Shown: positions 49,483-57,768, counted from the first letter of the stretch. The stretch: DNA of 64,000 nt from Longimicrobiales bacterium (GCA_965249725.1 CBDFMQ010000002.1:704001-768000); one strand, 5' to 3'. Notes: generated from the sequence alone by a model not told the origin. Made by a program: numbers and translations.

Positions 49483-49839
49483 ATGTCATCTGCCGTATCC
49501 TGGAACCTTCGGGTGTCGATCAACGAGGGTCGCTTAGAAGACTTTCGCGCTCTGATGCAAGAAATGGTCGCCTCCACCGAGGGTGAGGCTGGGGCCTTGG
49601 GCTACGAGTGGTTCCTTAGCGAGGACGGAGCTTCCTGTCACATCAACGAGCGCTACACCGATTCAGACGCCGTGATGGCGCATCTGGGCAATTTCGGCGC
49701 GAACTTCGCCGAGCGCTTTCTTGGATGCGTCGCACCGACTTCAATCGATGTCTACGGTGACCCGTCAGATGAGGTCCGAGAGGCTCTCGCCGGCTTCGGC
49801 GCAGTGCATCACGGCCCGTTTGGAGGATTTAGTCGGTAG
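49483..49839 (+). CDS. Antibiotic biosynthesis monooxygenase (ABM) family protein; cassette-like gene
   Basis: E.GALGYEWF, ERYTDSDAVMAHL; AGGA RBS; between R' and next R''. Confidence 0.8.
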   Translation: MSSAVSWNLRVSINEGRLEDFRALMQEMVASTEGEAGALGYEWFLSEDGASCHINERYTDSDAVMAHLGNFGANFAERFLGCVAPTSIDVYGDPSDEVREALAGFGAVHHGPFGGFSR

Positions 49840-49861
49840 GGTCCGCTTGTCGGGCGTAGGT

Positions 49862-49927
49862 GCTTAACAAGCGATTGCTGCAGTCGCGGTAGGCATCCTA
49901 ACCGCCGCCGCTTCGCGTCCCGCGACC
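49862..49927 (+). other. attC left half (R''-L''), right arm lost
   Basis: GCTTAAC (RYYYAAC) followed by AAGCGATTGCTGCAGTCGCGG. Confidence 0.7.
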
Positions 49928-49933
49928 GGGTGG

Positions 49934-50284
49934 CTACTTCCCCGGTCGGGACCCGGCTGCCAGTTCGTACGACTCCTCTAGCCAGTTCTCCCAGACGGCT
50001 TCGGAGAGCGGCTCCTCCGCTGTGAAACGAGTCGTAACCCATCCCGTGGATCCGACTTCAAAGCGGTCCGGATGTGTGGTCGCGAGTTCCCTCGCCTTTG
50101 GCATGGATTGATCGAGCTTGAACATGGCCTTGAAGCCGCGGCCCTTGACGCCCGGTCCGATGTAGAGGAAGGCGCGCTTGCCGACCTTGAAAGCGCTCTG
50201 GTTGCAGGAGGTTCCCGGGGCGACAGCTGGAAACGCGGCAGCCTTGGTCCGAATCGTGTCGGTGGGATCAGAGTCTACAGACAT
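49934..50284 (-). CDS. MmcQ/YjbR-like protein
   Basis: AFKVGKRAFL, MFKL, GWVT, WLEESYEL. Confidence 0.6.
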   Translation of the reverse strand: MSVDSDPTDTIRTKAAAFPAVAPGTSCNQSAFKVGKRAFLYIGPGVKGRGFKAMFKLDQSMPKARELATTHPDRFEVGSTGWVTTRFTAEEPLSEAVWENWLEESYELAAGSRPGK

Positions 50285-50373
50285 GGATACGTTGCCTCCG
50301 AGTTGGGATAGGTCACGATTCCCGGGTAGGCGAGACGGGGCCTCTCTCACCGAGGGTACGCGCGGCGGGGTCC

Positions 50374-50449
50374 CCATAACAAGGAACTGCTGCTGTCGCG
50401 GTAGTCATCTGGCTCGCGCTCTCCGCCTGCGGTCACCATCTTTGCCGCG
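50374..50449 (+). other. attC left part, interrupted by IS1111
   Basis: CCATAAC AAGGAACTGCTGCTGTCGCGG...GCCGCG; joins 51915-51938 to give a ~100-bp imperfect palindrome. Confidence 0.8.
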
Positions 50450-50475
50450 ATCATCTATAAGGCGAAGGAAGTCAA

Positions 50476-50785
50476 TAGGGCGTAGCCCTCCCTTACCCGT
50501 CCGGGGTCCCGGAGGGGTGGCTCGGTCCACTGGGCTGTAGCTCAAGGCCTGCGTGATCATCTTCTAGTTTTCAAGTTCAGTACCGACGTCGCGTCCGATC
50601 TTGGGCGAGTCTCCTCTCACGAGGGCTCAGGCATCTATTCAGGTTTCGTCCCAGACGTGGGGACGTCCGAAGATCTGCTATGCGAGTGGGGGGCTCAGTC
50701 AGCAGAAGCGGGTCGTCTACTTCGAGCGACATGCGCGGCTTGGAGCTCACCCCCGTCGTGGTACGGTGCATCATGGTGTGTGATC
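50476..50785 (-). ncRNA. Candidate bridge/seekRNA of the IS1111 element (boundaries approximate)
   Basis: Target-matching 8-mers at 50732-50739 and 50700-50707 flank a hairpin inside a closing stem; donor-like motifs further 3'. Confidence 0.7.
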
Positions 50786-51823
50786 TCAGTTTAGTTGTGT
50801 CACAGGCTCATCGTGCCAGACCTCACCGGTACGCAGCATCGCGTGCACGGCGCGAGCGAGACGACGAGCGGTGGCGACCCGGGCGACTTGCCAGCCGAGA
50901 CGCCCTTTGATCTGTTCGTAGGACCGCGATAGCCAGCTGTCGGGCGCGTGCGTGACGTGGCTCACGACGGCCCGAACGAAGGTGCCCCTCAGCCAGCGGT
51001 TCGCACCGGCGGGGATCGATCCGTGGCGAATGGGCCGGAGCCCTGACTGTGAAGAGCGTGGAGCGAGACCGGCGTAGCTGACCAGGTGGCCCGGAGTCCG
51101 GAATCGTGTGATGGGCAGTGTCTCTGTCGCGATGAGCAATGCCCGGTAGGGACCGATGCCGGGCACCGTCTCGAGCAGCGCCACGGCCGGGATCTTTTGG
51201 CCCATGTGCCCGACCCTGCGATCGAGCGTTCGGATCATCGGTACGATCTGGTCAATGAGGGCCCACTGCATGTCGATGAACAGACGCCGCTCGGCTCCGA
51301 GCAGGGGCCACGCCACGTCGCGCACCCACTGGCGTCCGTTCTGGGTGAGCAAGCGCCCACGCTCCAGATGAAGCCCGACGTTGTGGATCTGGGCGTGGAT
51401 GCGGTTCACCATCCGGGTACGTTCCCTCACGAGTCTTGCCCGGTTGCGCAGAAGCACCGCTTGCTCCCGCTGCTCGATGCACTTCGGATGGACCTCGGGG
51501 ATGAGGCCTGCCAGCCGCATACGCGCCAACAACTCGGCGTCGATGTCGTCACTCTTGTAGTTGGACTCGGCGATGACGCGGAGCCGCTTGGCGTGGGCGA
51601 GCACGAAGCGGATTCCATTGCCCTGGAGTTGATCGAAGAGCCACGGCCAGGCCGGACTCGTCTCGACGACCACCTCGAGGGGGCGATACTGCTCGAACAG
51701 TTCATCGAGTCGATCCGCTTCCTTGTTATTGATGCGAGCGGGTCCGTGCACGAGCTGACCTTTGTTGCTTACGATAGCGATCACTGAATACGTTGCGTGA
51801 GCATCAATCCCTGCGACAAACAT
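50786..51823 (-). CDS. IS110-family DEDD transposase/recombinase
   Basis: GIDAH, VVETS, KSDDIDA (RuvC-like DEDD); TVPGIG, SYAGLAPRSSQSG (Tnp20 domain). Confidence 0.95.
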   Translation of the reverse strand: MFVAGIDAHATYSVIAIVSNKGQLVHGPARINNKEADRLDELFEQYRPLEVVVETSPAWPWLFDQLQGNGIRFVLAHAKRLRVIAESNYKSDDIDAELLARMRLAGLIPEVHPKCIEQREQAVLLRNRARLVRERTRMVNRIHAQIHNVGLHLERGRLLTQNGRQWVRDVAWPLLGAERRLFIDMQWALIDQIVPMIRTLDRRVGHMGQKIPAVALLETVPGIGPYRALLIATETLPITRFRTPGHLVSYAGLAPRSSQSGLRPIRHGSIPAGANRWLRGTFVRAVVSHVTHAPDSWLSRSYEQIKGRLGWQVARVATARRLARAVHAMLRTGEVWHDEPVTQLN

Positions 51824-51914
51824 GGCTGGCCTCCTTGGGTTGGGTGCCGCAGGCCTTTGAGCAAGTTCAGCGTAACGCCCCGCTCGAGTGAGGTCAGCCT
51901 TCGCCTTATAAGAT

Positions 51915-51938
51915 CAGCAGCATCGCAGTCCGTTAGGC
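51915..51938 (+). other. attC right part after IS1111
   Basis: CAGCAGCATCGCAGTCCGTTAGGC ending in GTTRRRY. Confidence 0.8.
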
Positions 51939-52004
51939 GGAACTGAAGCCACCTGCGGATCATCGATGATGAGTGTCCTCTTCTCTAAGATCGGTTGAGT
52001 TTCG

Positions 52005-52337
52005 ATGCATGTAGTTAAGGCGAGCGAGCTGCCCTTCAAGGGCGTCTCGCGACAATTCGTTGGGGAGGAGAACGGGGATGTCGGAATCTCCATCTACCTC
52101 GTAGACGCACCAAAGGACGCCGGCCCCGGGCTTCACACACATCCCTATGATGAGGTCATCCTCGTACGCCGAGGAGCGGCTCTCTACACTGTGGATGGTG
52201 TCGAGTATGAGGCCGAAGCCGGTGACATCATTGTTGTGAAGGCTGGCGAGGTGCATGGTTTCCGCAGCATCGGGGACGAGCCGCTGGTCCAAGTCGATAT
52301 CCACTTAGGGTCTCGCTTCGGGCAGCACGATCTCTAG
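52005..52337 (+). CDS. Cupin domain protein; cassette-like gene
   Basis: PGLHTHPYDE, GDIIVVKAGEVHGF. Confidence 0.85.
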   Translation: MHVVKASELPFKGVSRQFVGEENGDVGISIYLVDAPKDAGPGLHTHPYDEVILVRRGAALYTVDGVEYEAEAGDIIVVKAGEVHGFRSIGDEPLVQVDIHLGSRFGQHDL

Positions 52338-52404
52338 CGGGAGCTGCTCGCTGAAGTTCTATTCCCTGACAGGCTCTCTTGCAGCGGTGTGAAGAGGAAG
52401 AACG

Positions 52405-53367
52405 ATGATATCTCGACGTGATTGGCTTCGAATCAGCGCCGGCGCCGGCGCGGCGCTTGGTCTGAATCCGCGGATGCTGGAGGCGCTTCAGACAGGAGCG
52501 GTCCTGACCCGCGCGATCCCGTCTACCGGTGAGCAGCTTCCTGTGATCGGGCTGGGCGGCCGATGGATTTCGATGAACTCGAGTGCAGAGGAGCTCGCCG
52601 GCCACCGCGCGGTGCTTCACGCCCTGGCGGAAGGCGCCGAGGGCGTGGGGCGGGTCTTCGATAGCGCAGCTGGCTACGGTGGAGGCGGCTCGGAAACCTA
52701 TGCGGGTCAGTGGGCCCAAGAGGACGGATTCGCCGACGACATCTTCTGGGCCACGAAGGTGAATGTAGCCGGTCGAGGGGGCGGCTCGGCCGACCCTGGG
52801 AGCGTCCGGGCGCAGATCGAGCGGTCGTTTGAACGTCTCGGTGTTCCGGTGATCGATCTGAACCAGGTTCACAACATGGGCGATCCGCCCACCCAGCTGG
52901 GGATTCTTCAGGAATACAAGGAATCCGGTCGGATCCGCCACATCGGAATCACCACCACCAGCGAGACACAATACGGAGCGCTCGCCGGGGTCATGCGCGA
53001 GTACCCCATCGACTTCATCGGCATCGATTACGCCATCGACAACCGGGTGGCTGAAGATCAGATTTTCCCGTTGGCGCAGGACGAGGGGATCGCCGTCATG
53101 GTGTATCTGCCGTTCGGGCGCAGTCGGATGTGGAGTCGGATCGGTGACAGGCCACTCCCCGAGTGGGCGGCGGAGTTCGACGCGCACAGCTGGGCGCAGT
53201 TCATGCTGAAGTTCGTGGTCGCGCAACCCGCGGTCACCGTCGCGGTGCCCGGGACCGGTGACCCACAGCACATGGTGGACAATCTCGGTGGAGGCCGGGG
53301 ACGCCTACCCACGCCGGACCACCTCAAGCGAATGCTCGAACTCGTAGAGAGTCTTCCGGGCGCCTAG
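52405..53367 (+). CDS. Aldo/keto reductase with Tat-like signal
   Basis: SRRDWL; D-Y-K-H tetrad (DSAAGY, ATK, QVHN). Confidence 0.88.
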   Translation: MISRRDWLRISAGAGAALGLNPRMLEALQTGAVLTRAIPSTGEQLPVIGLGGRWISMNSSAEELAGHRAVLHALAEGAEGVGRVFDSAAGYGGGGSETYAGQWAQEDGFADDIFWATKVNVAGRGGGSADPGSVRAQIERSFERLGVPVIDLNQVHNMGDPPTQLGILQEYKESGRIRHIGITTTSETQYGALAGVMREYPIDFIGIDYAIDNRVAEDQIFPLAQDEGIAVMVYLPFGRSRMWSRIGDRPLPEWAAEFDAHSWAQFMLKFVVAQPAVTVAVPGTGDPQHMVDNLGGGRGRLPTPDHLKRMLELVESLPGA

Positions 53368-53387
53368 GCTCCGCACGCGAGGACTTG

Positions 53388-53855
53388 ATGAGTTCTTCAG
53401 CGACGGTTCGACCATCTCTTCCGCCACGAGTGGCGTGGCTGCTTCCGATCGTGCTGCTGTTGCACCAGGCAGAAGAGTGGTTCGGCGGGTTTCCGGAGTG
53501 GACGAGCTTGGCCCTGGGCCGCGGAGTTGAGCCCGAGTCGTTCCTGCTCATCAACGCAGTGGGATTCCTTCTAATTACGTTCTGGACGGTGGTGGCCTTC
53601 CGGGATCGGCGGGGCGCCTGGATCGTTGTGTCGTTCGCCGCCCTCATGGGCCTCAATGCCGTCCTGCACGCGCTTGCCACGGTACTCGTCGGTCGCTATT
53701 CGCCGGGGACCGCGACGGGCCTGTTGCTGTCTCTTCCCCTGAGCATCGCGGTACTGCGATCGTCGGCTGATGGATTGCCCAGACGTCACTTCGTCGTCGC
53801 CGCGATGGCCGGCGTCCTGCTGCACGCCATAGTGACGTTCGTAGCTCTGGGCTAG
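53388..53855 (+). CDS. HXXEE-domain membrane protein
   Basis: LLHQAEE, NAVLH, YSPG. Confidence 0.8.
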   Translation: MSSSATVRPSLPPRVAWLLPIVLLLHQAEEWFGGFPEWTSLALGRGVEPESFLLINAVGFLLITFWTVVAFRDRRGAWIVVSFAALMGLNAVLHALATVLVGRYSPGTATGLLLSLPLSIAVLRSSADGLPRRHFVVAAMAGVLLHAIVTFVALG

Positions 53856-54011
53856 AGGCGGTGCCCGCTCGCGCGCTTCACTTTCAGTCCACATCTTGAT
53901 CGCGTAGCAGAGCCGAGTCGCCGAACTGATTTGGGAGATCGGTTTGCTCTACGCCGAGACCACCGGACGCAGTGAGGTGAATCGCATGTCCGTAATGCGG
54001 GGTGGACCAAT

Positions 54012-55115
54012 ATGAAGACCTCAAGACGACATTTCCTCCAACTTGTCGCAGGCGGCGCTGCCGGAGTGGCCATGCCCGGCATCTTGGGCGCCCAACGCGC
54101 AGACCTGACCTGGCATGACGTGCGCGAGTGGGGTGTCGAAGGCAAAGGCTGGTCCGATACCAAGCGCTACTTTGATCGGTTGCCGGGCAAGGCTGAGGGT
54201 CTTGTTCGGACACCCGTCTGGGACCTCTCCCGGCACTCCGCTGGCATGACGGTGCGTTTTACAACCGATGCGCCTGCCATCCACGTCCGCTACACCCTTC
54301 TTTCCGATCGCCTGGCGATGCCGATCATGCCCGCCACGGGTGTAAGCGGGTTGGATCTCTACGCTACAGACGCACAGGGGGTAGAACGGTGGGCCGGTGT
54401 TGTGCGGCCCACAGCGCAGTCGATCGAGACCGCGATCGCCACCGATCTCCGCGCGGGGGAGCGCCGCTATACGATCTACCTGCCGCTCTACAACGGAGTC
54501 GACTCGTTGGAGATTGGCACAGAGGCCGGCACCGTGTTCGAACCGATCGTCCCGCGCCCGGAACGGCCCATGCTGTTCTATGGCACCTCGATCATGCACG
54601 GCGCCTCCGCCTCAAGGCCCGGCATGGCGATCCCGGCGCTGCTCGGTCGCAGTTTGAACCGCCCGACCATCAACCTCGGCTTCTCCGGTAACGGGCGGAT
54701 GGAGCCCGAAGTCGGCGCTCTGCTCGCCGAGTTGGATCCTTGCGTCTTCGCCATCGATTGCTTGCCCAACATGCAGGAGGCGATGGTCGAGGAACGAGCT
54801 GCGCCGCTCGTACGACAGATCCGCGAGGCGCGTCCGGACACGCCGATCCTACTTGTTGAAGACCGGTCGTTTACCAATACGCGGTTCTTTCCAGCCCGAG
54901 AGGAGCGCCATCGCACAAACCGGGAGGCCTTGCGCCGTGCTTACCGACGGCTGCAGGACGAGGGGGTGGACCATCTGTTCTATCTGCAGGGCGAACAACT
55001 GCTAGGCGATGATGGCGAAGCCGCCACTGATGGCTCCCACCCGAGCGACCTGGGGATGGTTCGGTATGCCGATGCCTATGAGCCGGCGTTGCGCGCGTTG
55101 TTGCAGCAGTACTGA
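54012..55115 (+). CDS. SGNH/GDSL hydrolase with Tat signal
   Basis: SRRHFL; YGTSI, NLGFSGNG, DGSHP. Confidence 0.85.
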   Translation: MKTSRRHFLQLVAGGAAGVAMPGILGAQRADLTWHDVREWGVEGKGWSDTKRYFDRLPGKAEGLVRTPVWDLSRHSAGMTVRFTTDAPAIHVRYTLLSDRLAMPIMPATGVSGLDLYATDAQGVERWAGVVRPTAQSIETAIATDLRAGERRYTIYLPLYNGVDSLEIGTEAGTVFEPIVPRPERPMLFYGTSIMHGASASRPGMAIPALLGRSLNRPTINLGFSGNGRMEPEVGALLAELDPCVFAIDCLPNMQEAMVEERAAPLVRQIREARPDTPILLVEDRSFTNTRFFPAREERHRTNREALRRAYRRLQDEGVDHLFYLQGEQLLGDDGEAATDGSHPSDLGMVRYADAYEPALRALLQQY

Positions 55116-55123
55116 CTATCATC

Positions 55124-56104
55124 TTGGCATCCAGGCGTGATTGGCTCGGGATGACCGCGGGCGCGGTTGCCGCGCTCGGACTGAATCCCCGGCTCCTGGA
55201 GGCCCTTCAAGGGCTCCAGAGTCGGCCGCTCATCCAACGCGCGATTCCCAAGACGGGTGAGTTGCTCCCCGTCATCGGCTTGGGAAGTGCCAACACCTTC
55301 TCGGATATGGCCCTCAGGGAGTCCCGTAGCGAAGAGTACGACACGATTGGCGCGGTCCTTCGTGCTCTTGTCGAAGGGGGCGGCACCGTGTTCGACACGG
55401 CCTACGGATACGGCGCGAGCGAGCAGGTCTCAGGTCAGGTGGCGCAGGAACTCGGTTTCGCCGACCGCGTCTGGTGGGCGACCAAGGTCAACGCCGCACG
55501 CGTGAGTGGCGGGGCCAGTGGTGCGGCCGACCCGGCAGCGACGCGCTATCAGATCCAACGCTCCTTCCTTCGCCTGCGCCTGCGGCAGATCGACCTCCTC
55601 CAGGTCCACAACATGGGCGATCCGCCGACGCAGCTCGCCATCCTGAAGCAGTTGAAGGCCGAGGGGTTCGTCCGCTACATCGGCATCACGACCACCTTCG
55701 AGGGCCAGTACTCGGCGCTCGTCGACGTCATGCGGAGCGAGCCGATCGACTTCATCGGCATCGACTATGCGGTCGACAACCGCGCGGCCGAAGAGGTCAT
55801 CTTTCCCCTCGCGCTCGAACGCGAGATCGGCGTATTGGCCTACCTCCCGTTCGGCAGGGACAGAATGTGGGCACGGATCGGCGACCGTCCGCTCCCGGCT
55901 TGGGCGGCCGACTTCGACGCGCACACTTGGGCGCAGCTCATGCTCAAGTTCGTGATCGCACACCCGGCGGTCACTGTGGCCTGTCCGGGGACGAGCGACC
56001 CCGAGCACATGGCCGACAACCTCGGCGCGGGGCGTGGGCGGACTCCGCACCGTGATCAGCTGGACCGGATGATTCGCCTCGTGGAGGGCCTACCCGCGGG
56101 CTGA
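55124..56104 (+). CDS. Aldo/keto reductase with Tat-like signal (paralog of 52405)
   Basis: SRRDWL; DTAYGY, ATK, QVHN; long identical blocks with the first copy. Confidence 0.85.
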   Translation: MASRRDWLGMTAGAVAALGLNPRLLEALQGLQSRPLIQRAIPKTGELLPVIGLGSANTFSDMALRESRSEEYDTIGAVLRALVEGGGTVFDTAYGYGASEQVSGQVAQELGFADRVWWATKVNAARVSGGASGAADPAATRYQIQRSFLRLRLRQIDLLQVHNMGDPPTQLAILKQLKAEGFVRYIGITTTFEGQYSALVDVMRSEPIDFIGIDYAVDNRAAEEVIFPLALEREIGVLAYLPFGRDRMWARIGDRPLPAWAADFDAHTWAQLMLKFVIAHPAVTVACPGTSDPEHMADNLGAGRGRTPHRDQLDRMIRLVEGLPAG

Positions 56105-56109
56105 GAGTC

Positions 56110-56171
56110 GATTGCTGCAATCGCGGCAGACGTGTGTTCGCGCACTCCGCGCGCGGTCACCATCTTGGCAG
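56110..56171 (+). other. Degenerate attC fragment (L'' + central region)
   Basis: GATTGCTGCAATCGCGGCAG...TCGCGCACTCCGCGCGCGGTCACCATCTT aligns with the attC at 50374. Confidence 0.7.
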
Positions 56172-56208
56172 TGCATACACGATGTCAACCCAACACGGGG
56201 ACCTCAAT

Positions 56209-56389
56209 TATGAATCCGATCGCTGCCTCCAAGGGGACCAATACGGGAGAGGGCGGCCCCGGTGCTCCGACCGGAAACAAGGTCGAGACCGACTACGTCT
56301 ACGTGATGGAGTTCGACGGTGATCGAATCCGCCATATGACGAAGATCTGGAACGACGGCTTCGCCATGCGCCAACTGGACTGGGGTTAG
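56209..56389 (+). pseudogene. C-terminal remnant of a SnoaL/ester-cyclase-like gene
   Basis: GTNTGEGGPGAPTG..TDYVYVMEFDGDRIRHMTKIWND; N-terminal half absent. Confidence 0.55.
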
Positions 56390-56454
56390 TCGGGCACGTG
56401 ACATCGTGAGTGCCCAGGTAGGCGGAGGGGCGTAGTAGGCGAGGCGAGCGCTCC

Positions 56455-56874
56455 CTAGTCTCGACGGGAGGAGATCATCCGAACGGCCCGGACTTCCTCA
56501 CCCCACGGCGCGATGTTGGTCATTTGTAGGACCAACTCGCCTGTCGGCGTCCGCAGACTCAATCCCGTGCGCCAACCCCAGTCAGACTCGGGGCCGTACA
56601 GGCCCTGCACCTGGAACATCCCTGAGGCGTCCCCGAGCGAACGACAGGTCATGGGCTCCGGCTGATGCCAACTGTCTTTGAACTCGGCACCTTCGTCGCT
56701 CAACGTGATGCTGCCCAGGTGGGCTTCCCCCTCGTAGCTCCAGGTGTAGCGAACGACGTGGCCGTCGATGGAAATCGTGCAATCGCTGCGCACGACGTCA
56801 TCGCCGAGTGGGTCGAGCCAGAGCTCCGCCGTACCGGCCCAATGCGTTCCATCGATGTCTGAGAGTGGGTTCAT
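56455..56874 (-). CDS. Hypothetical beta-rich protein (DUF1579-like)
   Basis: W.GT.ELW, YTWSYEG, DSWH, WGWR, MTNI. Confidence 0.6.
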   Translation of the reverse strand: MNPLSDIDGTHWAGTAELWLDPLGDDVVRSDCTISIDGHVVRYTWSYEGEAHLGSITLSDEGAEFKDSWHQPEPMTCRSLGDASGMFQVQGLYGPESDWGWRTGLSLRTPTGELVLQMTNIAPWGEEVRAVRMISSRRD

Positions 56875-57057
56875 GCCCCGATAGTAGTTCTCGCCCACAT
56901 CGGTCGCTACCGTCCGCTAGGCCTCCTGCTCGCGCACGAACACGCTGTTCACTATCTCGAGATCGTAACGAGATTCCCGGGCACGGGAAGATCGCTATCT
57001 ACATCCATGGTGGAGTGGAGCAGGGGCTGTGGCAGGTCCCATGAGCCGTCGGGTTGA

Positions 57058-57768
57058 CTACGACCCCGCTGGCTCATCGACGTCCGAGCGGGCTCCCAGT
57101 TGCTGGAGCGCTGCGGCCCAATCCAACAAGTCTCGCTCTCCCTGTGGCGAAAGCACGTAGTGGCCCTTCTTCACGCGATCGAACCACCCGTAGTGATTGT
57201 CGAGCAGTATCCGCCCGGCCCGCGTTACGCCGGTACGTTCCACTAGCACGCTCACTTTGAGGATGCCCTCATCCGCGAGTTGCCGGGCGCAGCGTAGGGC
57301 GTCCTGGCGGTAGGCGGTCAGCCGCTGTCGAGACGATGAGCCGCCATCCTCAGGATCCCCGACCCGCTCTGCGAACTCCCTGAGCAGGCGCTCGCGGCGG
57401 GCCGCTTGTGTTCTGGGCCGATACGGTGCGGGGTCCAGCACCGGTACGACGTTGCCGCGCGCCGAGACCGTGAGGAGGCCTACACCCAGTCGGCGAAGGA
57501 GGCGGGTGACCTGCTTCTTCCGGGTGCGCCATGAGGCACTGTGGCCCTTCCCGATTCGAAACGCCACGTAGACCGTGTCGGCGAAGGCGAGCCGGTCGAC
57601 CGCCTGTAATATGAGTGCCAGGCTCAGGCGCTCCTTCAACTCCACGACAACCGGCCCTTCATCGCCTCGTACGGCCATGACGTCGCAGGCTCCGATCTCT
57701 CCCTTCACCACGTAGCCCTGTGCCTCCAAGAACAGCTTGATTGGGCCGTAGAGATCGGCTTCAGCCAT
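57058..57768 (-). CDS. DUF2161 putative PD-(D/E)XK phosphodiesterase
   Basis: E.DLY.P, VKGEI..CD, VVELK, LQAVDR, TAYRQDAL, NHYGWF. Confidence 0.85.
   Translation of the reverse strand: MAEADLYGPIKLFLEAQGYVVKGEIGACDVMAVRGDEGPVVVELKERLSLALILQAVDRLAFADTVYVAFRIGKGHSASWRTRKKQVTRLLRRLGVGLLTVSARGNVVPVLDPAPYRPRTQAARRERLLREFAERVGDPEDGGSSSRQRLTAYRQDALRCARQLADEGILKVSVLVERTGVTRAGRILLDNHYGWFDRVKKGHYVLSPQGERDLLDWAAALQQLGARSDVDEPAGS

Larger units (their letters stand above)
50450..51914 (-). mobile_element. Complete IS1111-type insertion sequence (IS110 family) inserted in attC; ends uncertain by a few bp
   Basis: 13-bp subterminal IRs TATAAGGCGAAGG (50456-50468) / CCTTCGCCTTATA (51898-51910); DEDD transposase; long downstream non-coding region. 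Confidence 0.9.

Noticed and set aside
51824..51910. Upstream region as the bridge RNA (IS621-like layout)
   Set aside because: Only ~90 bp with no target match; the subterminal IRs and downstream guide matches indicate the IS1111 layout.
53900..53955. Further attC site between the HXXEE and SGNH genes
   Set aside because: An imperfect inverted repeat is present but lacks AAC/GTT cores; similarity to the other sites is too weak.
56905..56925. GTCCGCTAGGC as a degenerate R' site
   Set aside because: The core GTT is mutated and no partner arm is found; could be chance.
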